A stretch of DNA of 41,910 bases. Source: an uncultured Thermococci archaeon. Lineage in GTDB: Archaea; CAYQAE01; CAYVLA01. Where the stretch lies: NCBI GenBank assembly GCA_964549615.1, contig CAZJVP010000045.1, forward strand, positions 1 through 41,910, given 5' to 3'. The position numbers and the translations under genes were made by a program. Below, in pieces: positions 1 to 9,038 of this stretch (position 1 is its first letter; each line of letters starts with the position of its first letter). The notes below the pieces were generated by a model. It worked only from the letters and a program-made list of their open reading frames with translations, was not told the DNA's origin and ran no database searches.

Positions 1-57
1 ACGGTGGGAAGTGGGGGCCCGCGCTCGTTGTCGGTCTCCAACCGGACCAGGCGACGC

Positions 58-1389
58 CTAGTAGGCCCCGATATCCGCTTTCATGAATTCCCTCATGACG
101 GCGGTGGCATAGCTTCCCTTCGGCAACCAAAAGGACAAGCAGAGCTCGGTCCCGCCGTCCTCGCCTTCGCTGGCACGACCCAAGGTGAGATCGTACACCG
201 GGCAGATCACGCTCCGGTATCCGCCCTTCGGGCTTACGTCCGGCAGCTGCCTGACGTAGAACGAGGAGAACGTGGCGTTCTCCCGTTTCATCACATCAAG
301 GATGTCTCGCGATAGTGGTCCCTCGGCCGGGGAGGCGTAGCCAACGACCGAGTAGACCAGTGTTGCCTTGCCTTCGGCCTTCAGCCGGATCGCATCGTCC
401 ACCGAGATCGAATCGCCAACCGCGAACCTCTCGGTCCCGACCTGCAGCACATCTCCCTGCCTGGGTTCTAGCGGACGGTTCGATCGTAACCTTGCGGAAA
501 GAGCCAGATTGAATATGTAGGATTGGTAGGCTCTGACGAACATTGACAGAAGGCCTCGGGGAATCCTCCTCAGGGCGCCAAGGAAGTCGCGAGGGTTGTC
601 CGCCAGGTGGGCGAGCATCCCTCTCTCGTACGTCAGGTCCTTCGGAAAGAGATTGAGGGCGGCCCGGAAGTCCTTCGTCTCCATGAGACGCAATCTCGCC
701 TCTATGGCCTCGGGCCTCTCCCCTCGGAAGGGCTTGCCTAGGTATTCCCAGACAGCCGACTCGAAATCGCCTCTCAGCAGGTGCTTGCCCACGATGTGCG
801 TGTTCGCCCTGACCGTGCCGAACCTCTGGTGCCCAAAGAAGTTGGGAACCCCGCCTTGAGCCGCTATCTCCGAGGCCGTTGCCTGCGCGGCGATGTCGGC
901 CTCCTCCGGTGAGAGTGGAATTTGGGTCACCCTGATTCTGAAGGAGTTGCCCCAATGCTCGCCGAGCCGGAGCGGGCGAGTCGTCCGAAAAGGCGTGTAG
1001 ACGCGCAGATGCCTCGAATGAGTCCGGACGTTGGTGGGGGAGAACGCCTCGACGCACACCAACTGGCACGTGATCGCGTTTGCGTCCTTCGTGCCGCAGT
1101 ATGTGAACCGCTTCTTGCTGATCCCAAACTCTCTTGAGAGCTCGGCGATAGCCTGGAAGAGGTCTATGCCCCTCTTTTCAAGGGCGAAGCAACAGTAGGT
1201 GCCCTGAACGTCTCTGCGGGCATGGTCGTGAAGACCGGAACCGATACGTACGACCGCCCCGTCCTGAAGCACCTCTTCCACGATGAAGTCCTCTATGCTT
1301 CGCCTCAGCCTGCCCTTCGTCCCCGGGCTCCTAGTGAGGTATCCTTCGATCCCGATCGTCTCTTCGCTCGGAGCAGAGATCTCCCTCAA
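58..1389 (-). CDS. truD: tRNA pseudouridine(13) synthase TruD
   Basis: Motifs EDFIVEE, catalytic GTKD, GNSFRI, PNFFGHQRFG, AYQSYIFN, LPKGSYAT. TTG start. Confidence 0.95.
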   Translation of the reverse strand: MREISAPSEETIGIEGYLTRSPGTKGRLRRSIEDFIVEEVLQDGAVVRIGSGLHDHARRDVQGTYCCFALEKRGIDLFQAIAELSREFGISKKRFTYCGTKDANAITCQLVCVEAFSPTNVRTHSRHLRVYTPFRTTRPLRLGEHWGNSFRIRVTQIPLSPEEADIAAQATASEIAAQGGVPNFFGHQRFGTVRANTHIVGKHLLRGDFESAVWEYLGKPFRGERPEAIEARLRLMETKDFRAALNLFPKDLTYERGMLAHLADNPRDFLGALRRIPRGLLSMFVRAYQSYIFNLALSARLRSNRPLEPRQGDVLQVGTERFAVGDSISVDDAIRLKAEGKATLVYSVVGYASPAEGPLSRDILDVMKRENATFSSFYVRQLPDVSPKGGYRSVICPVYDLTLGRASEGEDGGTELCLSFWLPKGSYATAVMREFMKADIGAY

Positions 1390-1393
1390 GCCA

Positions 1394-1780
1394 TCACTTC
1401 AGGAGCGGGAGGTTGCCCGTCACCTTATCCATCTTTTTGGCTTTCTCGGGGCCAAGCCCCAGAGCGGTGAGCGACCCGGGCGGGATCTCGGTCAACCCGC
1501 GGTCCTCCACCAAGTAGCGAGCGATGCCGAGCTCGGCCGCCCTTTTGCCTATCGCAAGCAGCTGCTCCTTTGAACTGACGCCTACGACGATCTTTCGGCC
1601 CCCCTCGTCCAGCCACGCTCTCCATAGCGGCTCGTTCCTCCTACGAACCTCCTCCGCTGAACCGACCGACGCATGGCAGGCTTGGGCAACGAGCTTCCCC
1701 GTGCTCATCCCCAAGTCCGTCCGGATCACGATGACCTGCTTGTACTGGAAGGCCGCCCCCTCATCGTCGACGTGCGGCAA
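1394..1780 (-). CDS. pth2: Peptidyl-tRNA hydrolase Pth2
   Basis: YKQVIVIRTDLGMSTGKLVAQACHA, DRGLTEIPPGS, GLGP...DKVTGNLPLL. Confidence 0.95.
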   Translation of the reverse strand: MPHVDDEGAAFQYKQVIVIRTDLGMSTGKLVAQACHASVGSAEEVRRRNEPLWRAWLDEGGRKIVVGVSSKEQLLAIGKRAAELGIARYLVEDRGLTEIPPGSLTALGLGPEKAKKMDKVTGNLPLLK

Positions 1781-1795
1781 CGTATCACCCTGACC

Positions 1796-2155
1796 TCACC
1801 GCGTGCGCCTGTAGAAACCGATCGCGGTGAAGACGCCGCTTATGGCGGCCAGGGAGATAACGATCTGGCCGAGGCTGAGCCCCGCGGGCGTGTAGTTCAG
1901 GAGGAGTCCGTCGAAGACCACGAGGCAGATGCTGAGGCCAACGCTCAGAGCGATCCGCTCGATCTCGTCGATCTCGTCGTCGTTGAAGAGCGCATAGACC
2001 ATGGCGAAGCCGGGAATGAAAAGGACGAGCAATATGCCGAGAACTACCCTGGCCGCGGCGGGAACCAACAGGAACCCTAGGATGATGGCCACGGGCACCG
2101 CGGCGAGGATGAAGGTGGGCATGCCACGATCCTGAGCGACGTCCTCAAGCGCCAT
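1796..2155 (-). CDS. DUF1616-like small membrane protein
   Basis: Four hydrophobic segments; LFIPGFAMVYALF and ERIALSVGLSI resemble the DUF1616 N-terminal region. Confidence 0.7.
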   Translation of the reverse strand: MALEDVAQDRGMPTFILAAVPVAIILGFLLVPAAARVVLGILLVLFIPGFAMVYALFNDDEIDEIERIALSVGLSICLVVFDGLLLNYTPAGLSLGQIVISLAAISGVFTAIGFYRRTR

Positions 2156-2177
2156 CCTAGCGGCGGGTCGGTCACAT

Positions 2178-2187
2178 ACTTATATAA
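2178..2187. promoter_or_regulatory. TATA box (TTATATAA), probably serving both divergent genes; likely leaderless transcripts
   Basis: AT-rich palindromic box about 20-25 nt from both the 2155 and 2206 start codons in a GC-rich background. Confidence 0.6.
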
Positions 2188-2205
2188 CGCTTTCGATCGC
2201 GACCC

Positions 2206-3387
2206 ATGGAAGGCGGCGCATGCGACGTCGCCATCGCCGGAGGGGGCCCCGCTGGAACCAGCTTGGCGATGTGTCTTGCGATGAAAGGCTTCGACGTGCG
2301 CCTCTTCGAGGAACACCCATCCTTGGGATCTCCCAGCCACTGCGCGGGACTGGTCGGACCTGGCATGGCCATCCTTCCACAGATAGGACGTCTGATCAAA
2401 GAGTCCACCCTGAACGCTGTGCGTGGCGCAGTCTTCGTCTCGCCCAATGGCACGAAGTTCTCCGTCGAGGGCGCCCCCGGCTCCGCCTTGGTCCTGGACA
2501 GGAGGCTTTTCGATCGTCGCCTGGGCGAAGAAGCGGCAAGGTGCGGAGCGGTCATCAGTCTCAGGTCGAAGGTCTGCGGCATCGCGGACCACGGGATTGC
2601 GGTCGCGGCAGAGGAAGGCAGGAAGGAGCTCCAACCTAGGGTCCTGGTCGGCGCCACGGGCTCCAAGTTCGCCGTGGCTTCCATGCTCGGGGCACGGCAG
2701 GGCAACGTGATACCGGGGATTCAGTTCGAGGTCGCCAAGCTCCGCATCGACCAGGAGATGGTGTATCTCTATTTCGGGAAGGAGATCTCGGACAGCCTTT
2801 TCTGCTGGGTCATTCCCCTGGATTCGAGCACCGCCAGGATCGGAATCTGCGCGAGAAGGGCAGCCAGGCAACGCCTCGAGCGCGTGGTTGAAACCCGGAT
2901 CAGCCAGGAGTTCGGGAAGGGCAAGATAACGGACGTGACCACCGGCGCGATCGTCTACGGCCTGCGTGACCGAACCGTCTGGGGAAACGTGGTTCTGGTT
3001 GGCGACGAGGCCCTTCAGACCAAGCCCTCCACCGGAGGCGGAATACATTTTTCGATCATCTGCTCCGGCATCGCCGCCAGGTGCATTGCGGAACACCTGA
3101 CAGCTGGGAGCGATCTCCGACGCTATGAATCTGCGTGGAGGAAAGTGCTGGAAAAGGAGATACGTTTCGGCCTCATGGCTAGGAGATTCTTCGAGGGCCT
3201 CCAGGATGCGGAGATGAACAAGCTTTTCGCAGCCGTCCTGCCGCGGGACATGCAGCTACTTGCCGGGTCGGATTTTGACCGGCACTCCACCGTCGGAAGG
3301 GCCCTTCCCAGATTCTTGCCTAGGATGGTCAGGCACCTCGGCATGGGCAGGCTGCTTGCCCTGTCTGCCAAAGCGTTGCTCGGGTGA
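2206..3387 (+). CDS. Geranylgeranyl reductase family FAD-dependent oxidoreductase
   Basis: DVAIAGGGPAG Rossmann motif, HCAGL, LDRRLFD, FCWVIP (YxWxFP-like), VGDEA...KPSTGGGI. Confidence 0.85.
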   Translation: MEGGACDVAIAGGGPAGTSLAMCLAMKGFDVRLFEEHPSLGSPSHCAGLVGPGMAILPQIGRLIKESTLNAVRGAVFVSPNGTKFSVEGAPGSALVLDRRLFDRRLGEEAARCGAVISLRSKVCGIADHGIAVAAEEGRKELQPRVLVGATGSKFAVASMLGARQGNVIPGIQFEVAKLRIDQEMVYLYFGKEISDSLFCWVIPLDSSTARIGICARRAARQRLERVVETRISQEFGKGKITDVTTGAIVYGLRDRTVWGNVVLVGDEALQTKPSTGGGIHFSIICSGIAARCIAEHLTAGSDLRRYESAWRKVLEKEIRFGLMARRFFEGLQDAEMNKLFAAVLPRDMQLLAGSDFDRHSTVGRALPRFLPRMVRHLGMGRLLALSAKALLG

Positions 3388-3471
3388 TCGTGTCAAGCTG
3401 CGTCCAAGGCCACCCGACGCCTGCAAACACCTTTAAGACGAATCGCCTCCCAGCCTGCAGCGGGCGAAGGC

Positions 3472-4659
3472 TTGAAGCTAATCAAGGACCCCATCCACGG
3501 CGACGTCGCACTCGGCGAGGATGACCTGAGGCTTCTCGATCTGCCAGCGTTACAGAGGCTCCGGAGGATAAAGCAGATCGGGCTGGGTGATCTAGTCTAC
3601 CCTGGCGCGAACCACACCAGGTTTGAGCATTCCCTCGGAACGATGCATATCGCGGGCGAGCTGGGCCAGAGAATGGGCCTTGGGCTGGAGGATCAAAGGA
3701 AGATGCGGGTTGCAGCGCTCCTTCACGATGTGGGTCACGGTCCTTTCTCCCATACGTCCGAGAAGTTCGCAGTCGCTGCCTCGCAGATCGACCATTCGCA
3801 ACTCACCAGGAAACGCATTCTCTGCGGCGCGATAGCGGAGACGCTGGAATCGATCGGAATCGACCCCAAAGAGACCGCAGACACCGCCACCACCGAGAAG
3901 AGCGAGCTCGGGCGCATCCTGCAGTCGCAAATCGGGGTGGACCGGATGGACTACCTGATGAGGGATGCCCATTACACTGGGGTCGCCTACGGGGTGATCG
4001 ACTACGAACGCATCATGAGCACGCTTGTCTTCCATCGCGGCGAGGTGGTGATAAAGGAGAAAGGGATACAGGCAGCGGAATCCCTGCTCGTGGCCCGGTT
4101 CCTGATGTACCCTGCGGTTTATCTGCACCACGTCTGTAGGATAGCCGATGCAATGATGCTGAGAGCCCTAGAGGAGCTCAGAAAGAGTGGAGTCTCGGTG
4201 GAACGGATCATGGAGATGGACGACCTGTCGCTCATAACCGAGCTCAAGGAGAAGGATGGAATCCCCCACGACTTCGCTGTCAGGATACTTAACAGAGACC
4301 TTTACAAGAGAGCGGTGTACACGTCCTCGGCCGAGGTCGGGGACCTGAACGCGGTACTGGAGATGTCAGGGCATCGGGACGAGGTTAGGAAGCTAGAGGA
4401 CGAGGTTGCCGAGTCGGCGGACCTTGTGCCGGGATCCGTCCTAGTGGACATCCAACCAAAACCGTCCCTCGACGAAGTGAGGATAAAGGTCCTGTGCGAC
4501 GGCGCGGTGGAACTGCTGGAAGAGAGGTCGGCGCTTGTCAGATCATTGACCGATGCGCAGTGGGACTACTGGAGGTTCGGGGTCTACTGCGCGAGGGAGA
4601 ATCTGGAGAAGGTCAAGAGGGTGTGCGAGAGATATGGATGGCGAGGAATCCAGAAATAG
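3472..4659 (+). CDS. HD-domain phosphohydrolase (dNTP triphosphohydrolase-like)
   Basis: IKDPIHG, QRLRRIKQIG, HTRFEHSLG, LLHDVGHGPFSH, DRMDYLMRD, VYLHH. TTG start. Confidence 0.9.
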   Translation: MKLIKDPIHGDVALGEDDLRLLDLPALQRLRRIKQIGLGDLVYPGANHTRFEHSLGTMHIAGELGQRMGLGLEDQRKMRVAALLHDVGHGPFSHTSEKFAVAASQIDHSQLTRKRILCGAIAETLESIGIDPKETADTATTEKSELGRILQSQIGVDRMDYLMRDAHYTGVAYGVIDYERIMSTLVFHRGEVVIKEKGIQAAESLLVARFLMYPAVYLHHVCRIADAMMLRALEELRKSGVSVERIMEMDDLSLITELKEKDGIPHDFAVRILNRDLYKRAVYTSSAEVGDLNAVLEMSGHRDEVRKLEDEVAESADLVPGSVLVDIQPKPSLDEVRIKVLCDGAVELLEERSALVRSLTDAQWDYWRFGVYCARENLEKVKRVCERYGWRGIQK

Positions 4660-5257
4660 GATCGTCGTTGGTATGACGGGCGCGTCCGGGGCGGCCTACG
4701 GGTACGAACTCGTGAAGGCCCTGCACGAGCGCGGAAGGGAGGTGCACTTGATAGTCTCGCCAAGGGGCGAGGAGATCCTCTCCCTAGAGCTGGGCATACC
4801 AAAGGCCAAACTCGCCAAGCTTGCATATAGGCTGTATGCAAACGACGAGATGACCTCCCCCCTTTCTTCAGGATCGTTCGTGTTCGACTCAATGGTCATC
4901 GCGCCTTGCAGCATGCGAACCCTAGCTTCCATCGCGTCGGGCAGCTCGGACGCCCTCATACCACGGGTCGCAGAGGTTTGCCTGAAAGAGCGGAGACGCC
5001 TGATCTTGGTTCCGCGAGAAACTCCGATCAGCCTCATCCACATAAGGAACATGGAAACGCTGGCTTTAAGCGGCGCGACGATCCTGCCGGCCATGCCCGC
5101 CTTCTACCCCCGTCCCGAGACGGTGCAGGACATGGTCCGGTTCGTTGTGGGAAAGATACTCGATCAACTTGGGATCGATCACAGCCTCTTCACCCGGTGG
5201 GCCGGTGACCCCCGCAAACCGGGCAGGCCGGGTTCCTGCGTATCTCGATCTCCCTGA
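4634..5257 (+). CDS. ubiX: Flavin prenyltransferase UbiX
   Basis: IVVGMTGASG, SSGS, APCSMRTLA, LKERRRLILVPRETP, PAFY. Start placed at ATG 4634, overlapping the HD gene end. Confidence 0.93.
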   Translation: MDGEESRNRIVVGMTGASGAAYGYELVKALHERGREVHLIVSPRGEEILSLELGIPKAKLAKLAYRLYANDEMTSPLSSGSFVFDSMVIAPCSMRTLASIASGSSDALIPRVAEVCLKERRRLILVPRETPISLIHIRNMETLALSGATILPAMPAFYPRPETVQDMVRFVVGKILDQLGIDHSLFTRWAGDPRKPGRPGSCVSRSP

Positions 5258-5936
5258 ACGTCAAATCCTCGCCATCGAAGACGAGCATCCTTCCCAGGAG
5301 CAGATTTCCCAGCCCGAGGATGTACTTCGCTGCCTCTAGAGCCTGAACCGAGCCGACCAAGAAAGGCACCGGGCCGGCGACCGGGAAGACGCCTGGTTTC
5401 GGGGCGGACTGGTATATGCACCTTAGGCAGGGCGACTTCCCCGGAAGGACGGTCGTCGCCCGGCCCTCAAGGCCGTAGACGCTTCCGTGGAAGAACGGGA
5501 TTCCCCTCTCCACCGCCTCTCGATTAAGGAGATACCGCGCCTCAAAGTTGTCCAGCCCGTCCACGATTCCGTCCGTCCCACGTAGCAGGTCGTCTACCGT
5601 CTGGTCGTTGATTTCGGCTTGGAGAGCCTCGGTCCGGATGCTGGAGTTCATGGCCAAAAGCTTGGCGTGCGCGGACTGCGATTTCGGGCATCCCACATCC
5701 CTTTCCCAGTGCAGCATCTGTCTGTTCAGATTGGACAGTTCCACCACGTCCCTGTCCACGATCCTCAGCCGGCCGACGCCCATTGATGCCAAGAGGACGG
5801 CAGAACAACTTCCTAGGCCGCCCGCGCCGGCTATGAGCAAAGATGCCCTGGAGAGTCTCCTCTGCCCGCGGCGTCCCCATCCCGGGATCCTCATCTGCCG
5901 GTCGTATCTCTCGTCCTCTGTGCCCACCGTGCCCAC
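5190..5936 (-). CDS. ThiF/MoeB/UbaA-family E1-like adenylyltransferase
   Basis: RYDRQ, GAGGLG, DRDVVELSNLNRQ, DGLDN, CLRC and CPVC zinc motifs. Confidence 0.93.
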   Translation of the reverse strand: MGTVGTEDERYDRQMRIPGWGRRGQRRLSRASLLIAGAGGLGSCSAVLLASMGVGRLRIVDRDVVELSNLNRQMLHWERDVGCPKSQSAHAKLLAMNSSIRTEALQAEINDQTVDDLLRGTDGIVDGLDNFEARYLLNREAVERGIPFFHGSVYGLEGRATTVLPGKSPCLRCIYQSAPKPGVFPVAGPVPFLVGSVQALEAAKYILGLGNLLLGRMLVFDGEDLTFREIEIRRNPACPVCGGHRPTG

Positions 5937-6114
5937 CAGCTGTTCCCTTCAAGGGAAGGAATCCGGAGCTTCGCGAAACCCTAAAGACCATCCTCCCCTT
6001 CGGCATGCCTTCGACCGTGCTACGCCGGAAATACTTAAAAGTGTCAGCGCGGCGAGATAGCCTGACTTCTGATAGTCCGCCTTCCTGGAAAATCACCCGG
6101 GAAGGAGATGCGTT

Positions 6115-6621
6115 ATGAAGACTCCAATCTGCGAGGTCTGTCTGAAAAGCGGCATTCTATGCCCGGGGTGTCAGCAGAAGCTCGACAAGGGCGAGGTCAG
6201 CGAACTTGACGTTAAGATTGCGAGGGCGCTGCATAAGGCCTCCGCGAGGAACAAGGAGGTCAAGGACGTAAGGTTCGATAAGTCCATCGTCATCGGCGAC
6301 CTGGCGATCCTGCTCACAGACAAGAAGGACGTCCCCGTGCTGATGGGCAAGGGGGGAAAGGTCCTGAAAGCGATATCCAATCAGATCAAGATGAACGTGA
6401 GGGTGCTGGGCGACTTGAAGGACCCAAGGTCCGTCGCGGATGATCTCATCCGCCCCGCGCGACTGCTGGGGGTAAACACTGTCTTCGCCGTCGATGGGAC
6501 CAAGAGGTACAAGATAAGGATCGCGAAAGAAGACTCGCAGAAGGTTCCCCTCAGCCTTGCTGATCTTCAGGCACTGATCGCCCGCCTAACAGGGCAAGAG
6601 GTCTCGGTCGTCTTCGAGTAG
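6115..6621 (+). CDS. NusA-like KH-domain protein with N-terminal CxxC-CxxC (archaeal NusA paralogue)
   Basis: PICEVCLKSGILCPGC and KH signature MGKGGKVLKAI. Confidence 0.8.
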   Translation: MKTPICEVCLKSGILCPGCQQKLDKGEVSELDVKIARALHKASARNKEVKDVRFDKSIVIGDLAILLTDKKDVPVLMGKGGKVLKAISNQIKMNVRVLGDLKDPRSVADDLIRPARLLGVNTVFAVDGTKRYKIRIAKEDSQKVPLSLADLQALIARLTGQEVSVVFE

Positions 6622-6622
6622 A

Positions 6623-7936
6623 ATGCCGGAGTTGGTCGGTTTGGAGGCACCCCTCGAGAGAACCTACTCATCGAACCTTCCCGACGCTGTGGGGAAAGAG
6701 GTTCTAATGAGGGGATGGTTGCTTCGAAAGAGGGACCTAGGTGGCATAAGGTTCATCCTGGTGAGAGACAGGGATGGAATCTTTCAGGTCACGGCCGCGA
6801 AGCAAAAGTCCGACCCAGAGCTCTTCCGCGCCATGGATTCCATTCCGCTTGAGTCCGTCGTCGAGATCACGGGGATCGCCAAGGAGATGAAACAGGCCCC
6901 GGGCGGCGTGGAGGTCGTGCCGAACAGGGTCACGATCGTCTCTCGCTCCGAATCCCCCCTGCCCCTGGACGTGACAGAGAAGGTTGGCGCTGACATAGAT
7001 ACGAGGCTTGATAACCGGGTCGTTGACCTCAGGCGGATCAGCACGAGGGCCTTGTTCTTGCTCAGATCCCGGGTTCTGAAATACATTCGGCAGTTCTTCG
7101 ACGACGAGGGCTACGTCGAGATCCACACGCCCAAGATCATAGCCTCGGCGTCCGAGGGCGGCACGGAGTTGTTCCCAATAGCGTACTTCGAGAGGGAGGC
7201 TTTCTTGGCCCAAAGCCCCCAGCTGTACAAGGAGCAGCTGGTCCCCGTCTTCGAGAAGGTCTGGGAGATAGGCCCGATCTTTAGGGCGGAGAGCCACAAC
7301 ACCACGCGCCACCTGAACGAATCCATTTCCATCGACATAGAGCAGGCATTCGCCACGTGCCCCGATGTTATGGACGTCGCCCAACGGCTGCTAGAAAGGG
7401 TGGTCAGCAGGCTACTCCGGGACGACAGGGACCTCCTTGCCACCGCGGGGGCCAGGCTAAGGCCACTTTCCTTGCCCTTCCCCGTCCTCACCTACGAGGA
7501 GGCCATCGAGATTGCTTCAAGGAAAGGGGCCAAGATCAAGTGGGGAGAGGACATAGGCACGGTGGCGGCCAAGAAGATCGGAGCACAGGTCAAGAAACCC
7601 TACTTCGTGGTCGACTGGCCCGATGAGCTTAAGCCCTTCTACATCCAGCCAAAAGGTGACGGGCTGTCCCACGGCTTCGACCTGATGTGGAAGCACATCG
7701 AGCTCGCCTCCGGCGGGCAGCGCGTCCACGACAAGGAGCTCTTGGAGAGGCGCCTGAAGGACAGGGGGCTTGACCCGCGGGACTTTGACTACCACCTTCG
7801 GGCCTTCAGGTATGGGATGCCACCCCACTCCGGCTGGGCCATCGGAGTCGAGCGTCTCATGATGGTCCTGACCGGGAAGAGCAACATAAGGGAGGTCTGT
7901 CTCTTTCCGCGAGACCGCCTCCGACTAGTGCCGTAA
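6623..7936 (+). CDS. aspS: Aspartate--tRNA ligase, archaeal type
   Basis: OB-fold RDLGGIRF, SEGGTELF, LAQSPQLYK, FRAE...RHLNE, GMPPHSGWAIGVER, FPRD. Confidence 0.95.
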   Translation: MPELVGLEAPLERTYSSNLPDAVGKEVLMRGWLLRKRDLGGIRFILVRDRDGIFQVTAAKQKSDPELFRAMDSIPLESVVEITGIAKEMKQAPGGVEVVPNRVTIVSRSESPLPLDVTEKVGADIDTRLDNRVVDLRRISTRALFLLRSRVLKYIRQFFDDEGYVEIHTPKIIASASEGGTELFPIAYFEREAFLAQSPQLYKEQLVPVFEKVWEIGPIFRAESHNTTRHLNESISIDIEQAFATCPDVMDVAQRLLERVVSRLLRDDRDLLATAGARLRPLSLPFPVLTYEEAIEIASRKGAKIKWGEDIGTVAAKKIGAQVKKPYFVVDWPDELKPFYIQPKGDGLSHGFDLMWKHIELASGGQRVHDKELLERRLKDRGLDPRDFDYHLRAFRYGMPPHSGWAIGVERLMMVLTGKSNIREVCLFPRDRLRLVP

Positions 7937-7948
7937 GACTTGATCCAG

Positions 7949-8443
7949 ATGCGCTTCATCACGGACGTGATGCTAGGTCGACTGTCAAGATGGCTCCGGC
8001 TGCTTGGATTCGACACCACGTCGGGCCTCCGCGAGGACCTTGGACTTCTGCAGAGTGCGGCCTCTGAGGGAAGAACTCTGCTGACAAGGGACCGCGCCTT
8101 GATGGAGCAGGCGAAGAGGATGGGCATAGATTGCCTCTACATCTCCAGCGCACAGCTTGAAGACCAGATCGTTGAGGTCTTCGAACGCTTGGGCAGGAGC
8201 GCGATCGACCTGGATCCGGCGAAGTCCCGGTGCCCTATGTGCAACGGCGAACTCAACCCAGCGACTCGCGACGAACTGCCCAACCAAGTGCCGGAGAAGG
8301 TGCTCAGATACCATTCCGATTTCTATGTGTGCAGGGGATGCGGCAAGATCTACTGGATGGGCAGGCACTGGGAGAACATCGAGAAAAAGATTAATGATGC
8401 AAACGCACTGCTGTCCAAGAGTTCTGATACGCATGGAGCTTAG
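7949..8443 (+). CDS. Mut7-C RNase (PIN-like plus Zn ribbon, DUF82) protein
   Basis: RFITDVMLGRLSRWLRLLGFD, LLTRD, RCPMCNG, CRGCGKIYWMGRHW. Start may be TTG 7940. Confidence 0.88.
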   Translation: MRFITDVMLGRLSRWLRLLGFDTTSGLREDLGLLQSAASEGRTLLTRDRALMEQAKRMGIDCLYISSAQLEDQIVEVFERLGRSAIDLDPAKSRCPMCNGELNPATRDELPNQVPEKVLRYHSDFYVCRGCGKIYWMGRHWENIEKKINDANALLSKSSDTHGA

Positions 8444-9035
8444 CATTGATGAAGGCCGGTTCGTCGTGGAGACGGCCAGGCGCGCAGTCGAGGAGTACGT
8501 CCTCCACAGGAATCGGCTTGCCGTACCTGAGGGCACGCCGCCCAAGCTCAGGGAGAAGGCCGGGGTTTTCGTCACGCTCAACACGTACCCCGATGGGCTT
8601 CTGAGGGGCTGCATAGGGCATCCCTACCCAGACTCGCCCCTGATCGAGGCGCTGATCGATTCGGCGATCTCCGCGTGTTCACGAGACCCGAGATTTCCAC
8701 CGGTCCGCAAGTCCGAGCTGGACGCGATAACGGTTGAGGTGACCGTCCTGACGCCGCCGGAGACCATCCGGGTGAAGAAACCGTCCGAATACCTGAACCA
8801 AGTGCAGGTTGGAAGGCACGGCCTCATGGTCAAGAAGGGTTGGTACCAGGGACTGCTGCTGCCGCAGGTGGCGACCGAGGAAGGATGGGACGCGGAGGAA
8901 TTCCTGTCACAAACTTGCAGGAAGGCAGGGCTGCCCCTGACAGCCTGGATGGATGAGGACACGCAGGTCATGAGGTTCGAGGGGCTGATCCATGCCGAGG
9001 AGAAGCCGAGGGGCACGATCCGAAGGAAGGGCTGA
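8433..9035 (+). CDS. AMMECR1-domain protein
   Basis: GVFVTL, LRGCIG, DPRF, GRHGL, GLLLPQVA, CRKAG. Start placed at ATG 8433. Confidence 0.92.
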   Translation: MELSIDEGRFVVETARRAVEEYVLHRNRLAVPEGTPPKLREKAGVFVTLNTYPDGLLRGCIGHPYPDSPLIEALIDSAISACSRDPRFPPVRKSELDAITVEVTVLTPPETIRVKKPSEYLNQVQVGRHGLMVKKGWYQGLLLPQVATEEGWDAEEFLSQTCRKAGLPLTAWMDEDTQVMRFEGLIHAEEKPRGTIRRKG

Positions 9036-9038
9036 GGC

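Noticed and set aside
2077-3096. 339-aa ORF on the - strand
   Set aside because: Antisense to the well-supported GGR-family gene.
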